Counted from the stretch's first letter, positions 39,980 to 54,443 are shown. The stretch is DNA of 64,000 bases from Lama glama (GCA_028534125.1 CM052817.1:71550001-71614000), one strand, 5' to 3'. Notes: generated from the letters alone by a model not told the origin. Program-made: numbers and translations.

Positions 39980-42900
39980 TGAATTTTCTTAGTTATAGTT
40001 TTGGTTTTTTTTTTAACATCACTATTTTATTTTGGGATAGACTTATTTTGCTTGAGGTTTTAGATAAATTTCCTGGGCTAACCATAACTATTCAGGCAGG
40101 TTTGGAGGTAATGTGGCACAGGTGTAAGAGTCAGACCACCTGAGTTCTATTTTCTAAGTACTATGGCTTGGGGGTAGGATGGGGAGCCAAGGAGGCTGAA
40201 ATCTAACCAGCTCTCCATTTACTAAGAAGTACACACAGTGTAGATGTTTTTTCCTAAGTTGCACAAAAGTATTCCATGGGCTAGCATTGATGATGGCTGT
40301 ATTGTTGAGGGGAAAGTGGAGGGTCAATGTGGTCCTTGATGGCGTCTGGCATCTAGTGGAACAGCCACCATCCTATCCAGTCTTTAGATGACTATCCATG
40401 TAATTTGTTCCTCATTCCCATCTCCAAAGCCCTCCATTTCTATCACTCTCTCTATGCTGCTTTTGGGGGACATGGAAATCACCCAGGCTGTGCTGGGCAT
40501 GGGGAAGCCTATGTCATTGTCTCCTCTGCCATCTGCCTAGGGACAACAGGCAACAACTTCTCCTCGAAGGCTTTGCCATTTCCACAGGCTCTGCCTGAAC
40601 AACCAGGCTGGGTTTCCCATAAACCATCAGCCTATATAGAGGTTTTGAATCCTTCCTAGAACTCAGCCCAAGAACTGGGGGGCAAGCTCCCTCTTTCTGG
40701 GACCCTTCTGATGCTGTTACCACTTCTCTGTTTCTACTGCAGTAAGATGGAGTCTGCTTTTAGCTTGAGGACTTCTTTCTCCTCTAGAGGTTGGAGACTG
40801 ACAGAGAATGGAGTGAGGCTGAGATATTTTGCTCTTGGTTACATATTTTCCCATGTATGTTGTAGGTGTCATGGTTCCTTTTTGATTTCCAAATGGCCTA
40901 AGTTTTAAACACCCAAATCTAAAAATAAGCTTGTCTTAATCTTTTAATTTTCTGACATAGCCTTTTCCCTAGTCAAGGAGATAGAACAATCTGATTGTCT
41001 GAATGGTGGTGGTAGTTTCTATGTGGGGAGGAATCGGGGGCTGGAGAAGAAAATATTGGGGAATAGGGGTACAACAATGCTTTAATATTTTAAAATATCA
41101 AAGATTTTTTCCTTGTGCTCTTTTGTTAGTCTTAACTAATGCCCTACGTAGCAACTGTTTAATAAATTAAATCATTTAGCACATCCCTGAGAATAAATCC
41201 CAGGTGCAGTGAACTGCAGTTGTGAAACTGTGCCTTGAGGGAAAGGTTACTCAAGGGCTAGAACAGCCTGTCTGTGCATGTAAGCTTTATTTGGCCAGGT
41301 TTGCCTAGAGTGGAGCTCTCTTTATTTTTGAGAAAGGGATTTAAAGTTACAGTGCACATATGCGTGATGACTTTTGGAATGCATTCTGTTTCATGAGACC
41401 CAAGTTGTAACGCACAAGGGTAAGGGTGTGGGGATTGCTTCCTACTGGAAGCACCCTGGTTATTTCTTTGCCTCTCTTTCTTCCAGTTGCTTTTCCACAA
41501 GGTTGAAGGGAAATGGAAACAATTCTGCTCTGAGACCATTGTCTTCCTCTTTTTGGCTGCCCCTTAATTCTTTCTTTGGAATCTATTACTTCCAGAAATC
41601 TGGAGAATTAAAGAAAGTCTGGAAGTGTTTCTTACTGGAAAAAAGTTTGGCTGTGTGTGTGTCTCTTTTTATAAAATTCTTTTTTTTTCTTTTTTCTTGA
41701 GGTATAATCTAAGTGTGGTGAAATGCACAAATCTTAAGTGAACAGTCTGAAGAGTTTTTTCCTATGTATATATCCACATGTCTGAGATGCAGGTGCTTAG
41801 GGAATAAGGGTCAAAGCAGGTCATTTGGCTTGCTTTGGTTCCAGGCCTCAGGCTGCCATTGGCTGGAGAAATAATATTTTTCAAATATTCCACCCTAATG
41901 CTTCAATAAGAATGCTTTTATTCTTTTTCATAGTCTTCATTCTTCCCCTCCACAACACTACCTTATCTCTGCTATAGCCTGCGGCTGGCAACATAATGTG
42001 GCTCTTTGTAACATGCACTTTGCCTTAAGGAATGCTATTGAAGTGGGTGGTTGCTGAGATTTAAATCTTGCATGTTGTTCTGGAGATTTCCGTAAAGCTT
42101 TCTAAACTCAGCGGTGAAGAGCTGGTCCTGTAGACATTTGTAAGAATGGGACACATGAGGCCACTGGGGGTGGAGTAATCCAGCTGTGTAGGTACTGAAA
42201 TAGGTGTTACCTCAATGTGACCCACTAAAGTAAAATACAGAAGTTGGTGCAAGTTGTTGAAGAAGGAATAAGACTCAACCTGAGGGCCCTGTTGAGTGAG
42301 AGAAGAAAAAGAATTTGGGAAAGGGAAATACCGATTTCCTATTCTGGACTTCAAGTTCTATGTGTAAAATTGAAGGAAAGATCTACTTCGGGGGAGCATT
42401 AATTTATTTCTGCGACAAGTATGACTTTTTAGTTGGAGTAGCTTCATCATCTTAAATTTATAGGGTGGTGGCCAAGTTCAGAGATTTCGCGCATTTCAGA
42501 CTTATGTTCTCATGTGATCTACATTGTCTGACCCTTTTGGTGAATTTGGTTATAAAGTTTAGCCCAGCTTAAACTGATCGTTCTAAGTAGCCAGCATGGG
42601 TTTTCTCTGTTGTGGTGTATGTTGGTTGGTTTCCCAGTGGTCTCTGTGTATATGGAAGGATATTTGGTTCAGCAGACTTAACTTCTTGCAGGTGCAGACT
42701 TTACTCTGGGGAAGGTCCAAATACCTGAATGAGGAGGGCTTTATTCTATGGCCTTCCTCCCATCTTAGAAGCTCTAAATCTCCCCAGGAAATTGGTACAA
42801 TTATTTTTAAAAACATCCTCAATTTTTGTTGTTGTTTGTTTTTCTCCTGCAGGTAGAATGCTGGTGCTCATATGACTAGACATAGGGATATGCAGCGATG

Positions 42901-44112
42901 GGAAAGGCAGACTGTGGTGGGGCATGTTTTCTACGGGGAGAATTGTATGTTTACCCTCTGCTTTTGACCTATGTTTTTCCTTCACCCCAGGCCACTTCAG
43001 ATGTTCTCATCCAGATTCTGAGTACTCTGAGGGGTTCTTTCTTGCTGAAATCTCTTCTCTTTTCCCTGCAAGACCCTGCTGTGTTCATCTTCTTTCCAGC
43101 CTCTAGAAATTTGTTGAGATCTCATATCTACCGACTCCTTCTTGTTCTCTTTTGCTGTCTGCCGTCTTGAACCAAAGACTGTCAGGCATAACTTGGGACG
43201 TCAGTTAGATACCCATAGACAGTTGTACACAGTGTGATTTTAAGATTGAATTAACAGCCCATTCTGGATTATTTCAGATGCTTCTAGAGTAAGTAGAAAT
43301 ATTCACAAGGTACTGAAGGACAGGACTTCCTCTCATACCTAGGAGCATCGACAATTCCCTGACAAAGGGATAAGCAAGATATTCTGATAGTCTCTCCTGC
43401 TAATTGACCATTGAATTGCTATTGAGCTTGTTAGGTTAAAAGGCTAAAGAACAAAATGCTGGTGAATGTTGGCTTGAGAGAAGATTACAATTCCTCCATA
43501 AATAATTCCATTTGTGGCAGAAACGTCTATCTGCCTAACTAAATCCAATTTTCCTTTCTTAATATGAAAGTGCTTCCCCTCCCTTTTTTTTTTTTTTTTC
43601 CTGGTTGTGGCAGTGCTTTCAGATATTTATTTTTCCAGACTCCCTTACAGGTAGAGATGTCATCTGATACAGTTTTAGCAAATGAGATATAAGCAGAAGT
43701 GACGGGATTCTGGGAAAGCTCTTTAAAGGAGATCGATTTGGCTGACAAAAATCCCTCTTTGCCCTCTGCTCTTTCTCCTGTCTGAAGGGACTTTCAAGAT
43801 TCTAGAAACTCAGTGTGTTCTAGAAGGGGCTCTGGAACCAGTTCCTTGTCCCTTTAACCCATGTGGAAGGCGGAAATTAGAGGAGAGCTCAAGTTGGTAG
43901 GATTCCTTTGTCTGGGTAGGAGTGCTATTTAGTCCTTTTTCTGATTTTACTTCCTCTGCATATATAGGCATTTCCTACTTAATTCCACTAATTCATTTCT
44001 GAAAATCAGACTTTGGTACAAGAACATTAGCAGAAAATGGATTTCACATTCTTTTAAATTGTAAAAATTATATTGTCCTGCATGTTAATCCCAAACTCTG
44101 AGCCAATTTCTT

Positions 44113-44771
44113 TTTAAAATTTTTGAAAAATTTGTTTTATCTTTTCAATCGAAGTGTAGTCAGTTTACAATGTTGTGTTAATTACTGATGTACAGCAAAT
44201 TGATTCAATTATACATATATATGTGTGTGTGTGTATATATATATATCCTTTTCATAGTCTTTCTCATTATAGGCTGTTACACAGTATTGACTATACTTCC
44301 CTTGCTATATAGTAGGACCTCGTTGTTTATTTATTTTATATATATATAGTAGTTAGTATCTGCAAATCCAAAACTCTCAATTTACCCCTCCCTCCTCCCT
44401 TATGATCCTGATAAACACAAGTTTGTCTTCTATGTCTGAGTCTCTTTCTGTTTTGTAGATAAATTCATTTGTGTCATTTTTTTTTAGATTCCATGTATAA
44501 GTGATATCGTATGGTATTTCTCTTTCTCTTTGTGGCTTACTTTACTTACTATGACAATCTCTAGGTCCATCCATGTTGCTGCAAATGGTATTATTTTATT
44601 CTTTTTTATGTCTAAATAGTATTCCATTGTATAAATATACTACATTTTCTTTACCCTTTGATCTGTTGATGGACATTTAGGTTGCTTCCATGTCTTGGTA
44701 TTGTAAATAGTGCTGCTATGAACATTGGGGTGCATGTATCTTTTCGAATAAGAGTTTCTTCCAGATATATG
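44113..44771 (-). mobile_element. 5'-truncated L1 (3'UTR) with 9-bp TSD
   Basis: TSD CAATTTCTT at 44104-44112 and 44772-44780, followed by AAAA (L1 endonuclease-type site). L1 3'UTR motifs GTCCATCCATGTTGCTGCAAATGG and GGACATTTAGGTTGCTTCC. Confidence 0.9.
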
Positions 44772-45600
44772 CAATTTCTTAAAACGTAGTTAAACATACC
44801 AAAATACTGTGTACAATAAATAAACTCTCTTTAAGGATGGAAAATGTTTAAAATATCACTTCCTAGTCACCCCCAAAATTGATATGGATTTGCTTTGTAT
44901 GCAGTTAATATAATAATATTGGTACCTGCAAACCACTTAGCTGACACATGAGGCTCTTTTCATATGATTCTTTTATTTTGGCAATTTGAAAATAACTGAG
45001 ACTTTTTATGTGTATTTGTTTTGGTTAAAATATTGTATTGAGTTTTGAGGACATGTATATACATTTTGCCTATATAAAAGTTGTCCCCCAAAATGTTATA
45101 TTGAGAGATACATACTATCATGAAGTTTGGGTATTAAAGACCAAAAGATGTTCTACCAGGAAAAGAGGAATTGCCTGCACTTCCTTCAGGGCCTTCTCTG
45201 GTGGTAGATTGATACCTCTAGGTAGGATTTAAAGACTCAGAATTTCATGTTCTTATTAGCCATCTTTTAATCTTGTCCCATTCCAACGCCCTTATCATAT
45301 CAGGACTTAAATACCTCTGTACACTTAGGGGAAAGAGTTATAAGGAAAAAGTAAACATGTCAAATGCCACCCAGCAGCAGATTTTGAAAAGTTCTCATGT
45401 AGAGAAGGGAATTAAAAAAACGCAGCCATGGATTCTGGACACTTGAGCTGGCATCATAATGAAGCTACTTAAAGCAACTCTAATATAATTCTCTTTAATT
45501 CATTCTGAAGCTCAGAATTATATGAAATGTTCCTTTTGCTACAGAATCAAACAAACTTGGATTCGAATTCCTCCCTCACTACTTACCATCTTCATGACCT

Positions 45601-45957
45601 GTTTAAGAAGAAAATTGTAAAACTTTATTGAGAAAGATTTTAACAAATTACCAACATAAGAACAGCTTACATAGTTTCAGTTTGTCTTTTAAAGCCATGG
45701 CTGTCTTTTACCTGCTTATGGCATGTTAATGAGCTTGAGGTTAGGTAAAATCTTCCTTTTAACCTCTGCACTGTCTCCACATCTCCCCACAGTCTTTGGC
45801 TGAGTCATTACCTGCTGATCAGCTTGTGCGTCAGGCCCTTGAATCATGGGTGCTCCTTTGTTTTTTCTCCTTTGACCAGGCAGAGTGTCCTGACTTTCAG
45901 TCCATGGTTCTTCTTGTCCAGATTGTTCATCACTGGGCTGTTGGGTAACCACAGGCC
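45601..45957 (-). pseudogene. Processed pseudogene of a PAGE/XAGE/GAGE-family cancer-testis gene, 5'-truncated, inserted in a MIR
   Basis: Minus strand reads PVVTQQPSDEQSGQEEPWTESQDTLPGQRRKNKGAPMIQGPDAQADQQVMTQPKTVGRCGDSAEVKRKILPNLKLINMP*AGKRQPW, collinear with PAGE motifs (QQPSDEQ, EEPPTESQD, QPKTG.E.GD.PDVK, KMPEAGEGQP). No introns; AATAAA near 45624-45629; premature stop. Confidence 0.88.
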
Positions 45958-47329
45958 AGTCAGATTATTTTACTTTTTGAGGCCAAATTTCCCCATGATA
46001 AGAATTGTTGTCTTGAGGGTTGTTGTTGTTTTTTTGTTTTTTTTTTTTTGTGAGGCTTAAATGACATACTATTTGTAAAGCATGTAACATAGTGCCTGGC
46101 ATAAAATAGATCTTCAATATATGAAATCTTAATTCAGGAAATAGCTATTAAGGAACTCCTCTATGCCAAACACTATGCTAGGCACTGGAAGTGTATCTTG
46201 AATAAGAATTAGTCTTCACTCTTAAGAGTCTTATATATCCCAACAGGATATAGAAAGGAAAACTGAGGAGGACAGCATACTGTGATAGATGCTGCCAGAT
46301 GAAAAATTACAGGTTTTTATGAAAGCATGTAAGAAAGGCACAGATTTTAAAACTGGAAGCTCAGGGCTCCCAGACAAAAGGATGCCAAAGCTGAGGCCTG
46401 CCAGGTGAGTAGGGATGAGCCAAAGGAAGAGGGGAGGAGTGCATGGGACTCCCAGTAGACCATGGAGAGATCAGGATGGTTGGAACCAAGAATGGCCCAC
46501 CAAGGCTAAGGCTAAGACGGTGAGGATTGACGCTGGAGAGGAAAGCAGGAGAGTCATCAGCAAGGCCTTACCATCTGTGAGGGATTAAAACATTATCCTA
46601 AAAGGGACGTGCAGCCATTAAATGTTTGTAATCTGGGATGCACATCATCTGAAGGGCCTAGGGTTTTAAGAAAATATAGTCAATCATCTCAAATGCTGCA
46701 AAATCTGCATCTAATAAGAGGAGAACTAAAAGAAAAAATTTCTGTGGGCGTTACAAGGGGATCATTAGTGACCCCTGGGAAGAGCAGTTTGTGAAAGAGG
46801 GTAGAAGCAGAAGCCAGATGATGTTGGGTAGTGATATAAATTGGAAATGAGGAAATGGTTACAGCTGTCCTGTAAAATAGATCCTCCACATGGGCAGGGA
46901 ATTTTGTCTACTGTGGTCTTTGTTGAATCTCTACCACTTAAAGCAAAACCTCGCATGTAGTTGACACTTAGCAAAATATTTGCTGAATGAATGAATCAAC
47001 TATTTATAAAATTTGACTCTGAAGAGAAAGACAGATCTATACCTAGATGGAGTGAAGGATTGGTAGGGGGTGGGTGGGTTTTATTTGGAGTGCAAAATTG
47101 TTTTTAAATGCTGGGGTAGAAGTAGAGTGCAAGTCGGTGGCAGAGGCTGAGAGAGCTTTGTTTGGAGGTTTTATTTTCTCTTGAAATGAGACATGAGATT
47201 GTCAGCTGAGAATGAAAAAGGAGGAGAAGTGGGTGTGAAATAGTTACAATGAAAAGTGGTGTGAGGTGATATTTCATTGTGGTTTTGATATGCAATGAAA
47301 TGTTATTTAAAATACTTGCTGGACCTCTA

Positions 47330-48050
47330 GACCTCTATTAGAATGGAAAAAAAAAAGAAAGAAAGAGAAAGAAAAAGAAAAAACTGAAAACACCTAATGC
47401 TGGTGAGGATGTGGGACAATGGGTACTCTCATTCATTGCTGGTGGAAATGCAAAATGGTACAGTCACATTGGAAGACAGTATGACGATTTCTTACAAAAT
47501 GAAACATACTTTTACCATATGATCCAGCAATTGTACTCCTTGGTATTTACCCAAAGAAGCTGAAAACCTATGTCCACACAAATGCCTGCATATGGATATT
47601 TTATTCATAATTACCCAAACTTGGAAGCAACCAAGATGTCCTTCAGTAGGTGAGTAGAAAAATAAACTGTGGTCCATCCAGGCAATCGAATATTCTGCAG
47701 TATTAACTAAAATGAAATGAGTCATCATGCCATGAAAAGACATGGAGGAACCTAAAATGTATATTACTAAATGAAAGGAGCCAATCTAAAAAAGGCTGCA
47801 TACTGTTTGATTCCAACTATATGACATTCTGAAAAGGGCAAAACTATGGAGACAGTAAAAAGATAAGTGGTGGGAATGGGCTAAGGGAGGAATGAATAGG
47901 TGGAGCACAGGGGACTTTTAGGGCAGTGAAACTATTCTGTTTGATACAATAATGATGAACACATGTCATTCTACATATGTCGAAGCCCACAGAATGTTCA
48001 ACACCAAGAATGAACCCTAATGTAAGCTATGGACTTTGGGTAATTAAAAA
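47330..48050 (+). mobile_element. L1MB/L1MC-type 3' fragment
   Basis: GCTGGTGAGGATGTGG...TGGAAGCAACCAAGATGTCCTTCAGTAGGTGA...AACCCTAATGTAAGCTATGGACTTTGGG. Confidence 0.88.
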
Positions 48051-50739
48051 ATGCATGATATATATATTGAAAAAAATACATGATTTAAAAAACAGGAATC
48101 ATCCATAACACCCTACATTAAAAAAGGAGCTCTCAGGGCTGCCAACCTTATAGCAGAGGTTGAGTAATAGTATGTTTCTCCTACATAAAAGAAAAAGAAG
48201 AAGAAAGAAAAACAAGTCAGTCTCATTGGGACTATGGGACAATTTGTGTGCCTCCAATTCTCTAGAGACCTATGTAATGGAGTCAAACAGCCTGGGCCGA
48301 GCAGTCCTCTGCACACGCAAAGGAACACTGGGCTATTTACAAGTGATTTGTTTGGCTGATACTTAGAGCCACACTTAGCACCAGTATAGGGTCCTGGAGG
48401 GAGCCTGGGGGACTGGCTGGCACTGGGGGAAGAGCCAATCTCATTTGCTAACTCTACATATTAAACATATCCATGCAGATCAAAGACAGAAGAGAAGACT
48501 AGAATAAGAGTGAAGAAAAATCAGGCATTTGAGACTAAAAAGATTACTTTTTTGAAAGAGTCCCCAAATTTGCAACTGGAATTGATGCCATTGAATATTT
48601 ACGTCTTTTACATTTCTTTCCCTGTGAAATCTAGGAAGCTCTTTTTTTTTTTTTTTTTTTTTTTTGCCTCTCTGGCTACACCATTTTCCCCCCTCCCTCT
48701 TTTTCTCTTTCTTTTTGCACCTCAGCAACCCTGTTTAGGCAGTTTGCATTGGAATCTTCAGCCCTGCCACGACATCTAACAACGCCAATGGCCTGTTTGT
48801 TATTTCCACTTGGCTGGACCTGCTCTCTCCTCAAAATAACTTGTTTCAAGGCTCCTTCCTCTTAATAACATAATCAAAACTATGTCTGATTCTTCTTCCA
48901 ACTTCTCCAGTACATTGATTGATTTTTCTTTACATCCTTTTGGGATGTACAAGGAAATTCATTTTTCAATTTTTTAAATTAACCTGGTTCAAAATATTAG
49001 ATGCTTCCATTACTTTCACTTCATTTGATCAATCAGTCAAAAAATCATTTTACTTTCTTAGCATGTGGCTTGACCCAATTTTCTTTACATTCACATTGCT
49101 CTGCCCCCATTCCTGTCCTCAGTACCTAATATGTGGACTAATGTCATTTCTCCCCATTCCATACTCTATTACAAGATATTGCTTTCATAATACTATTCAG
49201 TGGCCAAAGAATTTCAACAAACCCTTTATGTCAATTGCACAAACAAAGCCCCTGGCATTCAAGGATGGCCAATATGTATTTGCATCCTATTTATTCAACC
49301 ACCCACCACCCTGCTTTACCTGTACTTGTTGAGGACTGTTGGAGAAACACATGGATTGGCACCAGCACAAACTCATTATCTCTATCCAATCTCATAAGCT
49401 TTCCGTACCACTGCCAACATTCAGCTTTCCTGCTCTGCTCCCTGATGGCTATTCTAAATTTCCTCAAGCATTAACCCAACACTCTCATTCTCAGGAGGTC
49501 ATTTGTTTGCTCTAGAAAACTGAGAAACTAAATAAGATTTTAAGATTTTTCATAACTATCTTCTCATATTCTTAGAAACTTACTGACATTCATTGTTAGC
49601 AACTTGAACCTAGTATTCTGAAAACTGTTCAGCGGCATGTCTTGTGCTCTGACTCTATCCCATTGGCCTCTCGGCACTTGCTTTATTACTCAGTTCCCCT
49701 CTCTTCAATCTCTCTCTTTTCCCATTGGTTTTCTTCTCTTCAGCGTAAAAAATAAGCAAGCATTCATATGTTTGCCATAAAAAACCTAAGATAAATTTAA
49801 GGTGCTCTGTAAACCTGATAGAAGTATAATTAGGTTTAGAAATAATATGCAGATATTTATGCTGGCAGCTATAATCAGAATTAATTTAGGAATAAGTATA
49901 TCACAAAGTTTAGAATCTATAAATGTGGTACAAACTTTTTCAAGACTCATTCTTTCCTTGTGTTTAAGAGAGAAATTTGGGATGACTTAGAACAATCAGC
50001 ATCTCTAGCTATGAACTACCTATTATCAAGAGATCTACACAAGCCAGCAGACACCTGCACATCTTCAGCATGGAGAGGTGGGTTTTTAATGATCATTTGG
50101 AAGAGAGGTGGTGGCTATAACAGCAATAACTTACCAAAAAGAGTCTCTCCCAGGGAATTTTTTCCTGATCTTTTGCAATATCCTCCTCTAAGTCTTACTA
50201 AGGTGTCTATAGGGCAAGACTGTACCTGCTAGCAGGTTTTCTTGGAAAAGTACAAGGTACAGCTATTCTCCCAGAAGCAGACACAACGGGAGCAAAGACA
50301 AAGATCTTCTTACACATCACTAGCCCAGTTCTTTGAGTCCAAATATCTTTGCTAGATTGTAACTCCTATAGAACAGCAAATATTTTATTACCGTTACTGT
50401 GCCTATATTGCGCGCTAGGTGCTCAATAAAGCTTATGTAAAACTTTAAAAAAATCTTTACAAGAGAAATATATATTAGAAAATATATAGAATTATAAATA
50501 AGCGAAAAGCAGAAGACTTTAAAATTATCCATATATTCCCTTCCAGAGATAATTTCTATCAACATTTGTCATATATCTAAGCCTATGTGAATATGCACTC
50601 CTTGCAAAATGGACACTTCAGTTACGAGGTAAAGTTAAGGTCCACTTTGACCACCATGGATTGTTCTATTCTCCCTCCTTTTCAGAGATAGCCATTATAA
50701 TCAGTTTGGTTTATATCCTATTTGCAACTTGGTATTCAA

Positions 50740-51480
50740 TCTACTAGCAAATCTGGTCATCTGTGCCTACAAAATATGTTTCAAATTGAATTGTTTCCCT
50801 CCTCCAATTCTACCACCTTGGTCTAAATCCCCATCTTCACTCTCTGGACTCCTGGAATAATTTCCTACTTGGTCTTCTTGCTTTGAAGTTTATCCCCCCT
50901 TATCTAATTTCCACATAGCAACCAGGATGATCGGTTTAACTATAAATCAAATCATGCCACCCTTCCATACACAGCCCTCCCAATGTCTTCCCTCCTCACA
51001 TAGAATAAAATGATGATCAGACCCTACAGAATCTGGTTGCTGGGTAATTTTCTGATTTCATTTAGCTACTCTTCCCTTCACCTCCTGTGCTCTGGCCACA
51101 CAGGCTTCCCTGCTGTTCACTGTGCATGCCAAGCATATGCTACCTCTGCTTTTGCACTTAACTCCTCTCTGCCCAGAAAACTCTTCCTTTAGATATTCTA
51201 CAAGGTTCATTCCCTCACCTGTTCACACCTTTGCTTAAACTTCACCTTCTCTGAGTGTCCTTCCTTGACCACCCTATCCATAATTGTACCCTCTGTTTCT
51301 ATTATTCTCCTGTTTATTTTTCTCTACAGTACTTTTCACCATACCACATTACCTTTTGTTTTTATTTGTCTATTGTTTGTCTTCCCCAACCTGAACTGCT
51401 TTTGTTCACTGCATATCACTAGCGTGTAAAACAGTGCCTGACATAGAGTACACCCTCAATATATATTGACTGAATGCATT
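50740..51480. mobile_element. L2 LINE 3' portion
   Basis: L2a-type text ending ACAGTGCCTGACATAGAGTACACCCTCAATATATATTGACTGAATG. Confidence 0.8.
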
Positions 51481-51554
51481 AATGACTGTGGCTGTGTATT
51501 CACTCATTTTTAATGGCAATCTTTTTTTTTTTTCATTTCCAGGATTTGGTCCTT

Positions 51555-52010
51555 TGTCACATATCTTTTGCTACAATAATGCCTTGTAACAAACACCCAG
51601 AAACCTCAGTGGCCACCAAAGTAAACATTTCCTTCTCATGCTTCTATGCAGTTCAGTGGATCAAGGCTGGGCTTAGTTGATCTAGGCTGCTCTTGCTCAA
51701 GTGTCTGCATATTGGCTCTGCTTCTTATATCTCTCAGTTCTTTTCCTGGGACCTGTGGAAAGTGTGGGCGTGTCTTCTCCATGGTGATGGCAGAGGTGCA
51801 AGAGAAAGAATGTCCCAATGACACACCCACTTCAAGCCTCTACTTGCATTAAGTCCACTTACATTCCATTGGCTAGAGCAAGTCACATGGTGGAGACCAG
51901 GGTCAGGGGTGGTCGCTCTGCTCATGGGTGGAAGGGCACAGCAAAGTTAGATGCAAAGGCATGCTACAGGCAGGGGTGATGAGTTAGAGCCATCTATCTG
52001 TGCAGCCTCC
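51555..52010 (-). mobile_element. MLT1H/J-like MaLR LTR
   Basis: TAACAAACACCCAGAAACCTCAGTGGC...CATTCCATTGGCTAGAGCAAGTCACATGG. Confidence 0.7.
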
Positions 52011-53692
52011 CATAGGGGCTGAGGGAAGGACTGCAGAGTGTACTGCTGAAAAATAAACTGTAGCTTTCAGCTAACATTTTAACATTATGCCCCGAATAAT
52101 TACTTAATTGGTTGATATCCATGAGAATGTGAGAAAGTACGCCTAATGCACCTTGAGGATAAGAGAATCTTATCTTATCTTAACTCTTAAATCTTAGGAA
52201 CAGAAATAAGTTTGTAAACTTCAATACTTAGTAAACACAATTAAGATATGTTAAATGTGTATTTGGGTTCACTGGGGAAGAAGTGCTCATTTTCAAATAG
52301 GAAAGTACGAGAGCTTTACCTTGGTGAGGAAAAAAAATCAAGGTTTGTGTTAGAGAGCACCTAAATGTCAATGAAGTGATCATTTGCTTGGATTAAAATC
52401 TCCTACCCTCAATAGCGTTTATTTTTGGTGTAATTACTTTGGTAAATGTTTGAAAGTACTTTTCAAATTTTAATTGAATATGTACAGTTTAAACTTTGCT
52501 AAAAAGTCAATGAATGACAGTGTGTAGTGAAGGGTGCACGATATTTTTGGGGATGATGTGCTTTATTAAATTAGCTCAAATATTTTCCCTTTGCTCCTGA
52601 TTATGGGCAATATGCATAATATCTTTAATATTTTAGTCAATTTCTTGTGTAGGAATAAAATGATTATTTGTGGTTTGTGGCTTTAGTTATCACCACTTTT
52701 AATTTGATCCTTCCTGGAAAAACCCAACTTAAAACTGTCTTGTGCAAGGCAAAAGATATTATTTTCCAACAAAGAGATTTCTGATTTTGTCAGCCATTAT
52801 TTCATAACATTTCTGGTGATTCAGATTATCTCTGTCTGACATGTTTTTGAGAAGGAAAGGTGATGTAGTTCTGTTCTTAACTAGAATGTAAAGGTATTTG
52901 CCGCTGAATTTTTTGCTTCTTGAATTTTTTGGTCACAATTCAGTAAGATGTGTTTCCTAAGCATGTTGTTATTTACCTAAAAAGAGGCAGAGCATAATCT
53001 TGAATCTTATCATTGAATACAATTTACAAGTACGTTGAACGTGATGACATATATTTGAAATTTAACTTTTATTAATTTTACATCAAGTATATAGATAAAC
53101 TCTAGATAGAATGTGCCTCCTACCATATAACAAAATAATATTTCACAATCATATTTACATAAAAACTCATAAGGGTCATGAAGACAAAATAAATGAGTTC
53201 TTACACTTATAAGAATAGTTCATTGCCTTAGAGACATATGCCTGTATTTCTCATTCTATGAAATGATACAATGTTTCTATTAATTTTTCTCCTTTATTCA
53301 AAATTACCTTTGCTGAACTGTATTCAGATTAAAGTTTCTTCATACATTTCCTGGCATTTCTGGCATTTTGCTATATTTATTACATTCTATTTTACATGCC
53401 ATGACTGGATATACATACCTAAACACTTTAAACTGCTTGAAATTGTCTGCACAATTTCTTGTAGTATTATTAATGTCAAGAAAATTTTATTAGATAAAAT
53501 GTCTGAGTAGGATATGGCCAGATGGGGATCCCAAAATAAAAGTATCAGTGTGTATACATTTTTCCTGGAGTTTTAACATTAAACATATCTAAGAGCTATC
53601 TTAAGAAAATTGTACTCCCTCATTTTCAAAGTTTTACGTTTTTCTTCTCTATCATCATATGAAAAAAAGAAAAAAGATATAGGTGTAGATTA

Positions 53693-54265
53693 GTGTACCA
53701 GTCAGGGTTCCATACATGTTGCACATGTATGTATATGTGTATGATTTGACTTTACACAGTTGTAAAGCAGTGTCTCTGAGGCTGTCTGCTGTCTTCCTGT
53801 CTGATGTGAGAATTGTGAAGCCCAGGGGCCAGGCAGTGGGGAAGAGAAGATGAAAATGAAGGAAGGAGAAGCAAGGACAAGCTGGAACCCACGAGCATGA
53901 GCTGGAGTCTGTGAGAACAGGCTGAAACCTGTGTGAGATTCTGAGCAGAAGCTTGGGTTCCTTCTCATATTGCTTAACACACACCTACCCAGCCCACACA
54001 TCAGAGAAGTTTTAGAAGGATCCCAGGGAAGGTGGAGAAGTTGCAGGCCTGCCTGGATCTCACCCCAACAAGGTGACCTAGTGGATCAGTGAGGATGCAT
54101 GGGAGCTGCAAAATGACTATTGCTTCACTTCTGCCCTCCAACCCCACCCCTCATCGCCACCCCGGAATCTCTGGTGACTCCCCTAACCAAAACAGACAGA
54201 CACATGAATTCTGGGAATGTTGTTCAGATTAATCAAGGTGACCCATGACAAAGCCAACTTCAGTC
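53693..54265. mobile_element. Old ERVL-type LTR (LTR41-like)
   Basis: TGTACCAGTCAGGGTTCC start, GAACCCACGAGCATGAGCTGGAG, TTCTGGGAATGTTGTTC near the end. Confidence 0.5.
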
Positions 54266-54394
54266 ATGAATAACATAGCCATTCATTCAATCGTTCAGCA
54301 GTCTGAAATCTAAAACTTCAAGACTGGAGTTGCAGGTACTTGGCCCTTCCCTAGCATCCATCTGGCCATTCCTCTAAGGATAGTCCTATTAATT

Positions 54395-54411
54395 TCTCTC
54401 TCTCTCTCTCT

Positions 54412-54442
<31 letters not shown>
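54395..54442 (+). repeat. Compound (TC)n(CA)n microsatellite
   Basis: Directly visible. Confidence 0.95.

Positions 54443-54443
<1 letters not shown>

Noticed and set aside
40265..42860. Non-repeat-looking blocks at ~40.3-40.9 kb and ~42.0-42.6 kb as pseudogenes or exons
   Set aside because: Translations not recognised, and no poly-A, TSD or convincing splice structure; cannot be supported without a search.
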